From: Lepidodermella squamata
Taxonomy: Eukaryota > Animalia > Gastrotricha
Assembly (NCBI GenBank): GCA_047495785.1
Contig: JBLDXI010000030.1
Location: 682,001 to 746,000, forward strand
Length of the DNA stretch: 64,000 bases
Direction of reading: 5' to 3'
The notes beneath the pieces are model-generated. The model was not told the DNA's origin. It ran no database searches and saw only the letters and a list, made by a program, of their open reading frames with translations. Shown piece after piece: positions 1 to 12,226 of the stretch; the stretch's first letter is position 1; every line of letters begins with the position of its first letter. Made by a program: the position numbers and the translations under genes.

Positions 1-1188
1 CGCAATATAGCTTGCTATATTATGAGTTAATAATTCATAATTTCCACTCCCCCTGCGCTTCTATTATTGCGGTGTATAGTGTATAGGCAACGCGATGCAT
101 AATCGATTTTTAGGAAGATTCGCATCTAAACATTTTCGCTTTATCTGAAACCGCTTAGTTTTCGATGGTATTCTCATTTCTTTTCAAGCCAACTTTTAGG
201 AAGCTAAAGGTAAAGCAGCGTAACTAACGCAATGCTCCGCAAACTTTTATTTATTTACACTCTAATTTTCTTTGGAAAATTCATTGTTGTTGTTAATTCA
301 TTGTTCTTCATCGCGATTGCGCATTTTTGCGGTTGCTTGCACGGAAAATTGCGTACATTGGACCCCATTCCAACCATTTGCTTCGAAGCTGAGAGGGGGA
401 AGATGAAGAAATGATCCGAGAACGTACGCTGTTCTAGGCAGTCGATCGTGTCTTGTAAATAAAACAGTTCTATGATGTTTACTTAACGATTTGACTGTTG
501 CGATTTTTGTTGTTAGTTTTATAAAGTATGCGGCATACAGTTTTCAAGCTATATTTTTTGAACCGAAGATGATACGAAGGCCCTCTTTCTTTTTTGCAAA
601 ATGAAGCTTGCGTTTCAGGAAAGTTCAGAAGCTCCATCCACACACAAAATAATGTCCAAGTTTGCTCTCTACGAAACATCTTGGCAATCAGCCATTCGCT
701 CATAATCTGCCTGTCGCTAACGGAACGGTGGGCACCAGGCCCGGCTTAGGAAAACCGTGGCAGCCTTCAGCCTTCAGACTCGCAGCGACCACCCATGCCA
801 CTTGTCAATGCTGCTCGGACGCTCAACCGAGACAAAGGAGTCCGGACAAAGGCCCGACTGCTGGAGCAACTAGTGGCAGTTCAACTATCGCCAACAATCC
901 CCGCTCCGAAAGCTGGCGCCTGCAGCCAGAATCTCGTTGCCAGAATTAGTGCCAGAACTGCCAGCTGCCAGAACTAGGCGTGTGCCAAGGACAATTTTTC
1001 TTCAATCCAGTTTCGCTTCCTTCCCTTCGATTTTTCATGAGCTTATCCAGGGCAAACATTAAGTCCCTTTATTAGACACTGATTGCTGTTTCACAATGCA
1101 AGAATGTGACAGCTAGACATCAAAAATTAGACGGAGCAAAGTTCGAAAATTCAAACATACTTTGATGTTTTTGGTGGTGAATTACAAA

Positions 1189-1369
1189 TAGGGTAAACAT
1201 TTCTTCATCCGACCAATGTCTTATCCGACAACCAAACATGTGACTAAAACCTGCCGATTTGCTTTTCCATATTTTCAAAAAAATTTAGTCGGATGATTTT
1301 AGTCACATTTTTGATTGTCGGATGAAATAAGACATTGGTCGGAGGTCGGATGAAAAAAGTCACACCCTA
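1189..1369. mobile_element. Palindromic MITE (hAT-like TAGGG...CCCTA ends)
   Basis: Long imperfect inverted repeat (ttcatccgaccaatgtcttat / ataagacattggtcgga; atgtgactaaaa / ttttagtcacat). TACAAATA occurs at 1183-1190 (overlapping the left terminus) and 1370-1377. Confidence 0.7.
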
Positions 1370-1974
1370 TACAAATAGGAAATAGGGGATAGGACCCAAA
1401 CAATATTACATGCCGCGCAAAATTTGAAGCGTTTAAAAATAGCATTGGTTACTTGATTGCATTTGTCTATCACTTGTTTATTATCATCTTATAAAGTCTA
1501 GATTAGTATCAATATAAAACACAGAGATCTTTAACTACGTTTTCAACGGGCACGATAAAATCCCTGATTATAATCCCTGAAATTATAGTCACATTTTTTA
1601 ATTAAATCGTTTTGAAGAGCCTAACATTCATCGATAGTATGAATATCTTTATACAATTTCGTGTCGTCACCGAAGTATTCAGGTTTAATACTATAATTAG
1701 GAAAGAGACACTTGAGATAGCATCAGATAAGAATCGCACCTGACTGGAAGGGCTCAGGATTGAGCACAGCAGTTATTAAGGGCTGATTCATCACTTGAGT
1801 AGCCACCGGCTAGAATTCCACAAATTTAACATCCACAAGGGAACCTAACTTACTGTAATATGGACATAAGAGGAAAAAGAATGACGCGAGTATTTCCAGT
1901 ATTTCTGCTTAAATTAAGCTTGAATAAGTGAGTTTTCAAGTCAGTCACGATTTAGCTGTTGGTATCATTGTAGA

Positions 1975-2241
1975 TCATGGCGTCGGAGCCAAAATGGTAA
2001 CAGCCGCGCATTTGGCACTGCAAAGACCGAAAGCTGAGTTGCAGGCGAGAATAGCAGGCGGAGCAGCGGCTGATGCCACAACTGTTCCAAATGTTGCACC
2101 AGCAGCGCCGTAGCAAGCCACAGCTAAAAAGGCACAACCAGTTTGACAAGTGCCGTACAAAGCAGGGCCGCCTTGGACAGGTGTGATTGACTGCAAACTA
2201 ATGGCAAGAGCGAAGACCAGAATAAGCTTGTATTGAACCAT
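1975..2241 (-). CDS. Small secreted cysteine-rich protein (GPALYGxCQTGC...CYxAAG...CNSAFGxCSAKC...APTP type), 88 aa
   Basis: Intronless ORF with a hydrophobic signal peptide and 6 Cys; the mature region is almost identical to the paralogue at 3211-3474. Resembles, from memory, fungal/algal 'cysteine-rich / zygote-specific class V' proteins. Confidence 0.85.
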   Translation of the reverse strand: MVQYKLILVFALAISLQSITPVQGGPALYGTCQTGCAFLAVACYGAAGATFGTVVASAAAPPAILACNSAFGLCSAKCAAVTILAPTP

Positions 2242-3210
2242 GATCGTTTTACTTGGCTGGTGTTGCAGGTAACTTTAATAAGTTATCTGATGCTTTATTC
2301 AAGGGTTGAAACCTAAAATATGAAAAGAAGGAAAAAAGCTGAACATAGATGCGTCCTTATAAATGGCGGTGGATCGTAAGTTACGGCAGAAAAGAACGTT
2401 CTAGAAGTTTGCCAATTATTCAGCTAGCAGTTGAGGGATGCGTTGCTATCAAACAGAGCAAGTATTCGCTAATGATTTTTTATTTCTACATCCCCTGGGT
2501 GTCTATTGTTGCGGCGAAGGGTCTATTCGATACATAATCGATATGTAGTTAGGGAGATTCTCCGTTGAATATCCTTTTCGTGGTAAGATTTTCTAATAAA
2601 AACCGGAAACACCGCCTGGTATTCAGCTCAAAGCTCGATGCATGTATTCTTCTTATTTGTTTTATAGACGGAAAAGGCTGACGGTGAAGGATCGTAACTA
2701 AAGTGCTGGAATATTTTAGGAAAATGTTCGCTACCACCACTAACGTTTCGTTAATAATTCAAACAAACCTCTCTGTCGACCGCTTCAAATACGTTCCGGC
2801 AGATAGATAGCGACAATCCATGCGCAGTCAGGCGCAATCAGGCCCGAATTTTCTAACATTTTCTTAACATTTTCTTGGCATAAGCTAAAGCGCTAAACAG
2901 CAGCTGAATATAGTTTAGCTTCAGATATGAATTCAATCCGACTTGAAGGGCTCAAGATCCTTCCAAAATTTAGCACAGGAAACCAAATCAACACTTTTAG
3001 CTGCCGGCTGGAATTTCATTCCATTCTATAATCACTTATAATATTCACATGGTAACATTGTTCGGCGTTCATTGTTAACTGAATATGGGAAACAGAACAA
3101 CACAGGGGAAACGCATCATTTAGGCCACCAAGTGGCAAATCGTACACTTGCTTTAGGCTTAATTATTGGTGAACGCTGAAGTCATTATTTACTTTTTGTT
3201 TCATCTTGGA

Positions 3211-3474
3211 TCAAGGCGTCGGAGCCAAAATGGTAACAGCGGCGCATTTAGCACTGCAAATGCCGAAAGCGGAGTTGCAGGCGAGAATAGCAGGCGGAGC
3301 AGCGGCTGACGCAACAACTGTTCCAAATGTTGCACCGGCAGCAGCGTAGCAGGCGACAGCCAAGCCGGCACAGCCAGTTTGACAGAGGCCGTACAATGCA
3401 GGGCCGCCTTGAACTGGCGTCGGCGCTTCGCTAAGTACCATGATAGCAATCAGGGAAATCCAGCTTTCTTTCAT
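3211..3474 (-). CDS. Small secreted cysteine-rich protein, tandem paralogue
   Basis: ATG at 3474 (MKESWISLIAIMVLS...); same mature sequence; shared downstream motif gaagggctca(g/a)gat near 1748 and 2945. Confidence 0.8.
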   Translation of the reverse strand: MKESWISLIAIMVLSEAPTPVQGGPALYGLCQTGCAGLAVACYAAAGATFGTVVASAAAPPAILACNSAFGICSAKCAAVTILAPTP

Positions 3475-3954
3475 CTTTTTGACGTGGCTTTGAGGGCTGC
3501 AAAAATATGAAAAATTCAATGACCAGGTAACGTGAGTTATCCGATGTGGAGCCTTACTTGGGAGCTGGCAAGTTATAGGTGATGAAAAATCAACGAAAGT
3601 AATATACAGTGTGTTGATTATGTATATCTAATGCATTATTTTTTACCTCCGCAGCAATTATTTTGTAATAATAACCGAAGGGGAAAAATCGATAACACAA
3701 GAGCTGATCACGTTTGAGCATGAGGCGTATTAATGCCAGTGTGCAACACATACTATTTATAGTCGTATTGATTCGCGAAATGCGAAATGTAATAAATCGG
3801 AATTCCAGGATAAAATTGCTATTGTGTACCTCGGTTTTTTCTCTGAATCATAATAATTCGAGCTCTTTTGTCAATGTACCAAAATTGAAATTTTTGCAAA
3901 TTTTACTGAGCTCATCTTGAAGTTTGAAGTCATAAACAAAAGTAAATCTGACAG

Positions 3955-5248
3955 CTATCCATACATCAGCTGCTTATTAAATGTCCCAATTCGCTGTCGA
4001 TTATCAGGGCGGCGTGTTTTCCACCAGAACCGCCAACTATTGCTGAAACCAGGCTTGAGGCTGGCAATTAAACTCGAGAGGAGGTTCTCGAAAATCACGC
4101 AAAAAACGCCGCCCTTGTGAAACCACGAGTTGCCCAAGCTCAGCCCTATCCCCTCGTAGAAAATGTGCAGTAGAAACAGGAAAAACAGCGGTAGATGGAA
4201 TAGGACAAAGCAAAGGAACAGCGCTATTGACTGCTTCACGAAAAACATCTCCCGTTTCCGCCAATCCGCCGAAGCACTGAACGACCTACCGCTGACACTC
4301 GACGTTCGAACTGTCATCTGCGTTACATAGACCTTAGCTTCAGCCTGGCGTTTCACCTCTCGAATTTTCGCAAAAATCTTCCAGTAATTCAACGCCAACA
4401 TTTTAGCCGGTACACCAATAGCTATACAGTAGTAGACAAAGATGATTAACGATGTATCGAGGCCGCTTCCAATGTCGTAGTAGTAGCAAGTGCAAATAGG
4501 AACGGCCGTTCCATTGTTCACGCCGGGTATAGAAATGTTGAATACACCATAAGTCCTTCGAGGGTAGATGCCGATGATGAAAGTCATGAATCCGCAACCG
4601 AAAAATAGAGCGACAGCCATAATCACCAGCTGAAAAACAATAGAAATTAGATTCGACCTAATTTATGGACAAAAATTCAATTCGACCTAGTTTGGGACAT
4701 TTCTGAGAAAATCGCGGAGACGTATTTTCCGGCCATTTTTGAATATATTGCTCAAATCTCACCTTCAATGTATTAGCGCGGTATTTCGGTGAATTTGACA
4801 GGACGCAAATTCGTCGTTCGTAACTGATGAGCATGTTCATGAAAGTTCCGTAGATTCCCGACGATAACAGCGTCCAAAATATACCGACACAAGCAGCATC
4901 TCCAGCCTCCCAGAATCCTGTTTTCAGCGTCAACAGTTGGGCTATCGTGAAGAATACGGCATAGACAACATTTCTTGCGAACGAAATTGTGCTGAGGACA
5001 AGGAAGTCTTTTTTCACTCCTCGGTTTTGGTATAGGTAGAAGTTACCGATGCTGCAAAGTAGGACTAATATGCTCGAGACTAGAAAAGGAATAGCTATGT
5101 GCAGACGATCTTCCAGACTTATCTGGTCCAAATCATGGAACCAGCCTATGAAATAGGGCCTAGGTTCACTGTAGCCTCGGCCTGGTATGAGAGTTCTTAT
5201 CCAAGCCCCGTCAATGATAACTCCGCTCAAGCTAGAATTGTTAGCCAT
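3955..5248 (-). CDS. Divergent class-A-like 7TM receptor, copy 1 (2 exons: 5248-4763, 4629-3955)
   Basis: Seven hydrophobic segments, TM3 Cys and ISYERR (DRY-like), ECL2 Cys (VPICT), ADWRKREMFFVKQS; GT-AG intron 4762-4630. Confidence 0.8.
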
Positions 5249-5758
5249 ATTCGCAAAATAAATGTCTGAATGAACCGGCGCGATGAGGCTTGAAAGAGAC
5301 GATCGTGCTGCTGGGATTAATCTTATTGCTAATTATAATGGCGATCCAGACTGAGCGACATAGCTAAAAACATCACGTCTGCGGTAGTCACGACATACTT
5401 GTACCCAGGTTCTAATTAGGAATTGAGTGTGAAACGACGAAAAGTCAGTTTTAAGGAAGCACTCATTATCCATTTCAGTCAATTTCACATTTTTTGATTG
5501 CAGACAATGCATAAAGATGCCCTTGCTTTTTTCCGGACATTTTCAAATAAGCTGCCATTATGTCAGGTGGTAGTCTCAAAAACAACACTTGAGCTGTGGG
5601 TAAAAAAATTCTCATTGTTGCAAACAACAAACAACAAACAACGATAATTGCTAGGCTGCGCACATCCAAAACACTTAGCGCACAATTTAGCACGCAAGCA
5701 CATACGCAATTGCGCGACCCGATCAGGATTTGGACACCCGGCTATTATAACGAGTATC

Positions 5759-7263
5759 ATGATTTCGATGAAATTAGCCTGTTACCTGGTGAGATGGAAT
5801 TTTTCTCGAATTACAGCGAATTACTCAAATTTTTTAATTTTTAGGTTATTGCCGGCATTTTAGCAGCGATCATTGATCAAACTTCAGGCTACACAATTTA
5901 TAAAAAGTGCTACTCGAATAAGGAATGTACGGATGAGAGGACTTACTGCAAAATAGCCTCAGCTTCATGCGGAGCCGGCATTTGTTCATGCTATCCTGGG
6001 CACATGTGGAATTCAGAGCGAAATACGTGTCTCAAAGGTAAAATCATACTTTAATTCTAAAAATTCGAATAAAATAATTATCCCAATTTCGTAAATCCCA
6101 ATTTTAGATTTTATTCACCATTTTCTCAATTTTTTAAGTTATTTAATGAGGAACAAATTATGAATGGATATGAAATGATAATCTTTATCATTTCCTTAAA
6201 CATAAATTGGGCCTCTCATGAGGTAAGATTTGGGTTTGGTCAAGATATAGTGTTAGTTTTAGTTTTAGGGTTAGGGTTAGGGGCTGTGGCTGTATGGATA
6301 GGTTCAGGGTTAGGTTAGGGTTTAGGGTTAGAGCTTGAAAGGTCCTCTGATTGGAAAAGTTTTGACATTACGAATGTACTATCGAAATTGGAAAATTCAA
6401 ATCAAATTAATGGCAAAAAAGTTATCAGATTTTGCATGTGTTTGCTTATTAAAGCCTTGACGGTGTACGGGCGCTGCGGTGGCAACGATAGCTTTTGCTT
6501 CATGGACAAGAATATCTGCTACCAAGGCTACTGCATCTGCAGTTTCGCGTTCACGCTATCAGGCGATTACAAATGCGTCTCTCGCGTTGCCATCCGAAAC
6601 TTCGGAGACCAGTGCTTTGACCCAAACGAATGCAAAGAAGGCATGCAATGCATCAACGACCACTGCAAGTGCCTGCCTGGATACACCAACCCGCCGGAAG
6701 CAAGCGAACGTTGCCGCCCTGCTCAGCCGGGCGACAAGTGCCAGAACGATACTGATTGCCAGTTTGCAACGAATACAAAATGTACGAATGGGAAATGCAA
6801 CTGTCAGTCTGGTTACAAGCAAATCGCCTACAACTACCAGCCAAGCCCATTCGAGTATCCGAAGTCGAAAACTGTTTGCATTAAAGAGAGCGGTGAGCTT
6901 GAGACTTAGATTCACGACATCTCCAATGATTAGAACTTCAACAGAAAATGCCGTAGCGGAGAGCAAGCCGTGCAACATGACCGATTCCTATTCTCCTCTT
7001 GGCATGTATTACTGCCAGAAGCCTACTGTTTGCATTCGATGCGACGTGGACACGTATCGCTGTGCTCGTAAGCTCCACCTTAAATTTCAATTAATTATTG
7101 CTGAAATTCTCAAACAGGACTGTCACCGCCTTATCAGGAGGTTTACTACTCTCCGGAGCAGTTGGCCTACTACTACCAAATGCAGAAACAAGGAGCTGCC
7201 GATTTAGCCCCGAGCCTTGTCGCTACTTTGTTGCTCACCTCACTTATCAAGCTCAATATTTGA
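5759..7263 (+). CDS. Secreted, probably GPI-anchored Cys-rich protein with EB/EGF-like modules (5 exons)
   Basis: Spliced model MISMKLACYL|VIAGILAA...; repeats such as GDQCFDPNECKEGMQCINDHCKCLPGY and GDKCQNDTDCQFATNTKCTNGKCNCQSGY; hydrophobic C-terminus LAPSLVATLLLTSLIKLNI*. Confidence 0.75.
6230..6332 (+). repeat. Degenerate TTAGGG telomere-like tract inside an intron
   Basis: ttagggttagggttagggg...ttaggttagggtttagggttag. Confidence 0.6.
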
Positions 7264-7393
7264 ACACATTATCTAGGTTGAAGCTATTGAATAGCCTGTA
7301 ATACTTAGAGCCAATTATATGAAAGTTACGAACATTTGCTTGAAAAAACAACAGAAACAATATTTTGGTTTTAATTTATTTTATTCGATTTTT

Positions 7394-8012
7394 TCAATGG
7401 CAACAGCAGTCTCCTACACTACCAGCGCCATTTGCGTGCGAGTAAGATAGCTGATCGTCTGTTCCGAAGAACACAAGGTACCCGAGACCGAAGCCCAAAA
7501 CAATGACCATAAGCAAGATGGTGTTGTACGTCATTAGCACAAGCATAACCAGGTAGCCAATGACAATCTGAACCAGGTAGAGGAGAAATATTCCGCCGAG
7601 AAGCATCTGAGATTTCCTGAAAAAACACGTAAATACTGCAGTTGGTCAAATTTCAGTTCGAACCTTGAATCTTCAGAGCTAAGAGAAGATCTGCCGAGCA
7701 GTGCTTTCCGATTTGTATTTAATATTAAACGGAAATATTTCGCGGCTTCGTATGAGAAGGCCATTAGGCAGATTGCGACAACGGAGCCCCAGAAAGCTAC
7801 GTAAGATCATGGATTACAAGGTATCACAGAATTTTCTCGAGAAGCAAACCTACCTCCATCGGAATCAATGGTCCAACCATCGAAAAGTATCGGGGTACCG
7901 TCGTAGTTGTTCCCGAATGACATCTATAGAAGAGACAATGGTAAACATTCCACCTTAAGACTATCCTCACCATCATAATTTGGTTTTTCGTAGCATTGCA
8001 GACGCACTCCAT
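7394..8012 (-). CDS. Ctr/SLC31 copper transporter A (4 exons)
   Basis: MECVCNATKNQIMM|MSFGNNYDGTPILFDGWTIDSDG|AFWGSVVAICLMAFSYEAAKYFR...GYLVMLVLMTYN (MxxxM), GxxxG in TM3, C-terminal DCCCH. Confidence 0.9.
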
Positions 8013-8080
8013 GTTTTCTGGGTCAAATTTTAAGATGACCTAAAATTGAAAAGTATAGCTATTTTAATTCATTTGCTTGT

Positions 8081-8707
8081 TTAGTGACAGCAGTTGTCGC
8101 TGTTCTGTGCATTCGATGAAGATTTGGCCGAATCGTCGCTGATTTTAGCAAATGAGAAAATCACATTGCCAACGGCGTAACCCAACACAATCGCAATGAA
8201 TAAATACACATTATATGTCATTGAAACAACCATGAGTAGGTAACCAATCAAAATTTGCGCCATGTACAAGAAAAGGGCTGCTGCGGTGATAAATGGCCGA
8301 TAAAGGTAGTTTTTCCTATATGAATTGATGAAGTTTTTGAATCAGAGGGTTATTTAGGTGAAATTACGTTGATTTATCTTTTCCAGCTATTAATCGCTTG
8401 TAGGTAATGTAACTCCTCGCGGCTTTAGCTGCTTCAAATGCGATGCCCATGAAGAAAATTGCGAAAAAGCTACCAGCAAGGTCTGAAATCGCGAATTCAG
8501 TCGCGAAAATGTCTTAATTTGGGTCGTAACTTACCTGATCCCGATCGAATCACCCAACCTTGGAATAGGATGACCAAGTCTTGATAGTCCGTTAAAAAGG
8601 TTAGCTATATCACAAATTTAAATTAGAATTGACGATTTTGACGCAAAATTGAAACTTACTGGCATCACCACATTAACTCGCATTGTACAATCGCACTCAG
8701 AGCTCAT
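8081..8707 (-). CDS. Ctr/SLC31 copper transporter B (4 exons)
   Basis: MSSECDCTMRVNVVMP|LTFLTDYQDLVILFQGWVIRSGS|...GYLLMVVSMTYN...GYAVG...DNCCH. Confidence 0.88.
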
Positions 8708-8767
8708 TTTTGAGGTTAAATCCTACGTCAAAAGAAAATTTCAAATTTTCAATACTTTCATTGATTC

Positions 8768-9384
8768 TCAAAAGCTGTTCACAGTTGTCGCAGGTTGGCA
8801 GCATTTAGCTTCTTCGCTTACTGATTGGCTTTTCTTCAGAAGAACTTCCTGTTTAGCAGATCGTTCTTCTATAAAGAAAAATATGGCGAAACCAGCCATT
8901 AGACCAACAATCACGGTGAAAAATAGAGGGATGTTGTAGGTCATCACAACGAGCATGATAAAGTATCCGAGCGTAACTTGGCAACAAAACAGGATGAAAC
9001 TAAGAATACGGATGCCGAATTTCTGCATTAAGGAATAGCTTTTCGAGTCATCCTTCTGTCGAGCTTCGACGGCACTTCGAATGAATTTGAACACCTCGTA
9101 GAGAATGGTGATGAGCAGGACAGCAACCATGCTACCCCAAAGACCTAGGTCAGAGTTTGATTTAGGAAAAATATTGGGGGAAATTTCGCTAACTTGACTC
9201 AGAGCCGATGACCCAGCCGTCGAACAGAATCGGGAGACCATCAGGGAAGAAGTCGTTGGTCAAATCTGACGTGAAAGTCATCTGTTTCGGGAAAGCTTCA
9301 ATGTACCATGGATAAAATGGGAAATGTCAATAACTGAACCTGCATGAAGTACTTCTTCTCCACTTTGCACGAACAATTAGACAT
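8768..9384 (-). CDS. Ctr/SLC31 copper transporter C (3 exons)
   Basis: MSNCSCKVEKKYFMQ|MTFTSDLTNDFFPDGLPILFDGWVIGSES|...YEVFKFIR...GYFIMLVVMTYN...GLMAG. Confidence 0.88.
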
Positions 9385-9675
9385 TTTTGAAGTTGCAAGT
9401 TCAGAGATTTTGAACTAGAAATTGCCAAAATGAATGCAAATAAGGTTCTTAGTGTGGCTTTTATGCCGGCAACGGACCTTGATGAGTAATTCTTGTTCAA
9501 ATATTGCCAGGCGATGCTTCAACCCTGAGTTCATTGAGATAAGGCTAGGTCTATAATCTTATCTTGATACGTGACGGCAAGCTTAGAGATATTAGCTACG
9601 CATTTCGAAATTTGTTTATTGCAAAACCTAATTATCGGACAAAGACAGTCAGAGGGCGAAAATTGTAGTACGGCA

Positions 9676-10955
9676 TTAAGTTGTTGAGAATGGAGAAACG
9701 GATTCAACAGCAATTTTCCGCTGATTCCTACATCTGAATTTGTCAGTAAACCCAGGCCGCAGGATTTGAATGATTGGAGCTAACATTAATTCAACAGCAA
9801 AGATTGTTACGGCCGCTTTGTTAAACCAATACGTCAGGTATTGGGGGCCGATGTCGCGGTAGAGAGCTGTGAAAATTGAATGCAACAAACCAGGCTGGTA
9901 ACACACAAAAAATGTTACGACGGTCGCGAACGACTGCTTCAAGAAAAACAATTCGCGCTTCTTCCAATTCGCCTTCCGTCTCACTGCCGTATGACCCAGA
10001 GTGCCGCCTACCGACTTGATTTTCTGATGAATTTTTCTATAAAAAAATGAAATTTATTTGAGGAATGTGCTTGTGAACTAGTTCCTATTTCAAGATGACA
10101 GGTAGCAGTTGCAGTAGCAGTTGAGGTTCAAATTACGCTGGCATAAGTCCAATAATGGGGAGGCGTATAAATAGTTTCCTTACCTGAAGTTGTAAATCAT
10201 TATCGCTGAGCAGAAGACAGTAATAGAAGTGCCCATTAGCGACGCAATCATAGCAGTATCCAGATCCCAAAACAGATGGCTTTCCCAGACAGCACAAACT
10301 GGGAAAGCTGTATTGTTGCTCAATTCAGGTAGACGAATCATTCTCAATCCAAAATTTCGAAAGGGATAGACGCCGAGAATCCCCATTGCAATTATGCATA
10401 AAACACAGAGTGAAGTTAGTCCGAATATGACCTGAATAACCAGACGTAAAAAGATATTCAAATTTCTCATGGAGAACTCACTTTCTTCTTGTTGCTCTTC
10501 TGTTCAAGGCTGTTCGAAACAACACAAACTCGACGTTCGAAGCATATCAGAGTAAGAATTAAGAAACCGACCGCACTTGTAATGTACATCAGCAAAAGAA
10601 ACGCTATACATGAAGCCTCGCCCAACTCCCAAAAGCCTGTAGGCAGAGCTATGAGAATGCCTACGAGCCAAACCGCAACATAAACCACACCGGACACATT
10701 CAATGCAGCGAGAAGAATGCGGAAGTCGAGCTTGACTTCTTGTTTTCGGTAGATTATAATATTTCTTATATTCGATGCACTTACGATGAGGAAAAGCAGA
10801 GAAAATGGAACGGCGAACTTGACGCGGTCCGACAGCGTGTTGGATCTCAAGTTATGAAGTAGGCCCACAAAATACGGTCTTGGTCCGTCGAAACCGCGGT
10901 CGGGTAGATCGACCGATATCCAAGAATCGCCGATAATTTCACCCGTAAAATTCAT
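9676..10955 (-). CDS. Divergent class-A-like 7TM receptor, copy 2 (3 exons)
   Basis: Starts MNFTGEIIG at 10955; DRGFDGPRPYFVG, ICFERR, PVCAVW, ANWKKRELFFLKQS, APIIQ. Confidence 0.82.
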
Positions 10956-11625
10956 GAAATTCAGACAAATGCGGAGCAGAGATGAGTTGGTTTGCTTCTG
11001 ATAACTGATAAGCTGCACAGCCAATTATACACGGTCGCGATTCAATTAACTTAGTGCGAAAACAGCGTTCGAGATCGGGATGAATCCTGCTTTCTACGCT
11101 GATTAACTGAGGCGTGCGAAAGGGGAACAACAGTAAGAGACTAATTTACGCTTCCGTCTCTTAGGAGCTGTTGTCCTCTGGAATGCATGAGACGTGGGTG
11201 GCCTCACACATCAATTACAAATTGTTACTTCTTGTTATTTGTCCGGTTTTATCCCATGGGCGTCAGGCGATGGGAGATGGGAAAAATGGTATGATGAAGC
11301 GTGCATCACCGGAGATCGAATGAATTTATAATTGATGTTGATTGAGCGGATCAATTAAAAAGTCAAAGCAGGTTTAACAATGTCGTCGAATTTGTCCAAA
11401 GACATAATTTTGCTGTGAATGTCTGTGAATTTGTCGAATTGTCGTACCTATTGCCAAACCGTTATGAATTCTCAAACACAATTTTGAACAGAATCGGAAC
11501 ACTTTCGTTCGTTTTTCACCAACAACTTTGAAGGATGACAAATTGGCTATCATTCAGATACGGAGCCCGGTCTAATCGAGATCCGAGCGATCTGAGATCC
11601 GAAAATTCTATGCAGAAATTGCAGA

Positions 11626-11905
11626 GTTTGCTTCTGATAACTGATGCACGCCAATTATAGCAAATTATACACGGCCGTGATTCCTCCTAGCGAAAACAGC
11701 GTTCGAGATCACAATTTTTCATTATTAGAAAATCGACCACCCAGGACGAATCCTATTTTCTACGCTGATTAACTATCAGCTGAGGTGTACGAACGAGATT
11801 CAAACAGTAAACGCCTTATTAGCGCTTCAGTCTCTTAGAAGCTGTCCTCTGGAATGCATGGAAGCGGGGTCTAGAGGCGTGGGTGACCGGCGACATCAAT
11901 TAAAA
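11626..11905. repeat. Diverged direct duplicate of the receptor-2 upstream region (10990-11220)
   Basis: Shared blocks gtttgcttctgataactgat, gcgaaaacagcgttcgagatc, ttctacgctgattaact, gtcctctggaatgcatg. Confidence 0.75.
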
Positions 11906-12142
11906 AATCAGTATTACTGTCCGCATAGGGAGATTTCGCTTGTTGTTGGGGATGTACTTATTCAGCCCCCACTTAAAGTGACTTTAAAGTTACTTTACCT
12001 GACGACACAGACTGAAAAATCCGTCGGGCGAAATATTGTTACTCCGGAATCAGGAAGAGTCGTTCAAAGCTGATTACAGCTAAAATTATATACTCATGCC
12101 AGCCATAAAATAAAGCATCAAATAAAGTATTACAAATGATAC

Positions 12143-12226
12143 TTAAACCGCAGCAAAACCGTGGTAAACCGCGGGTAGATCCACCGATATCCAAGCGTAT
12201 CCAATAATTTCACCCGTTATATTCAT
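12143..12226 (-). pseudogene. Truncated 5' relic of a 7TM receptor gene
   Basis: Reads MNITGEIIGYAWISVDLP, then loses similarity and stops; matches the N-termini of copies 2-4. Confidence 0.75.

Noticed and set aside
660-1040. GC-richer stretch with short ORFs and tgccagaa repeats
   Set aside because: No recognisable motif, splice structure or element ends.
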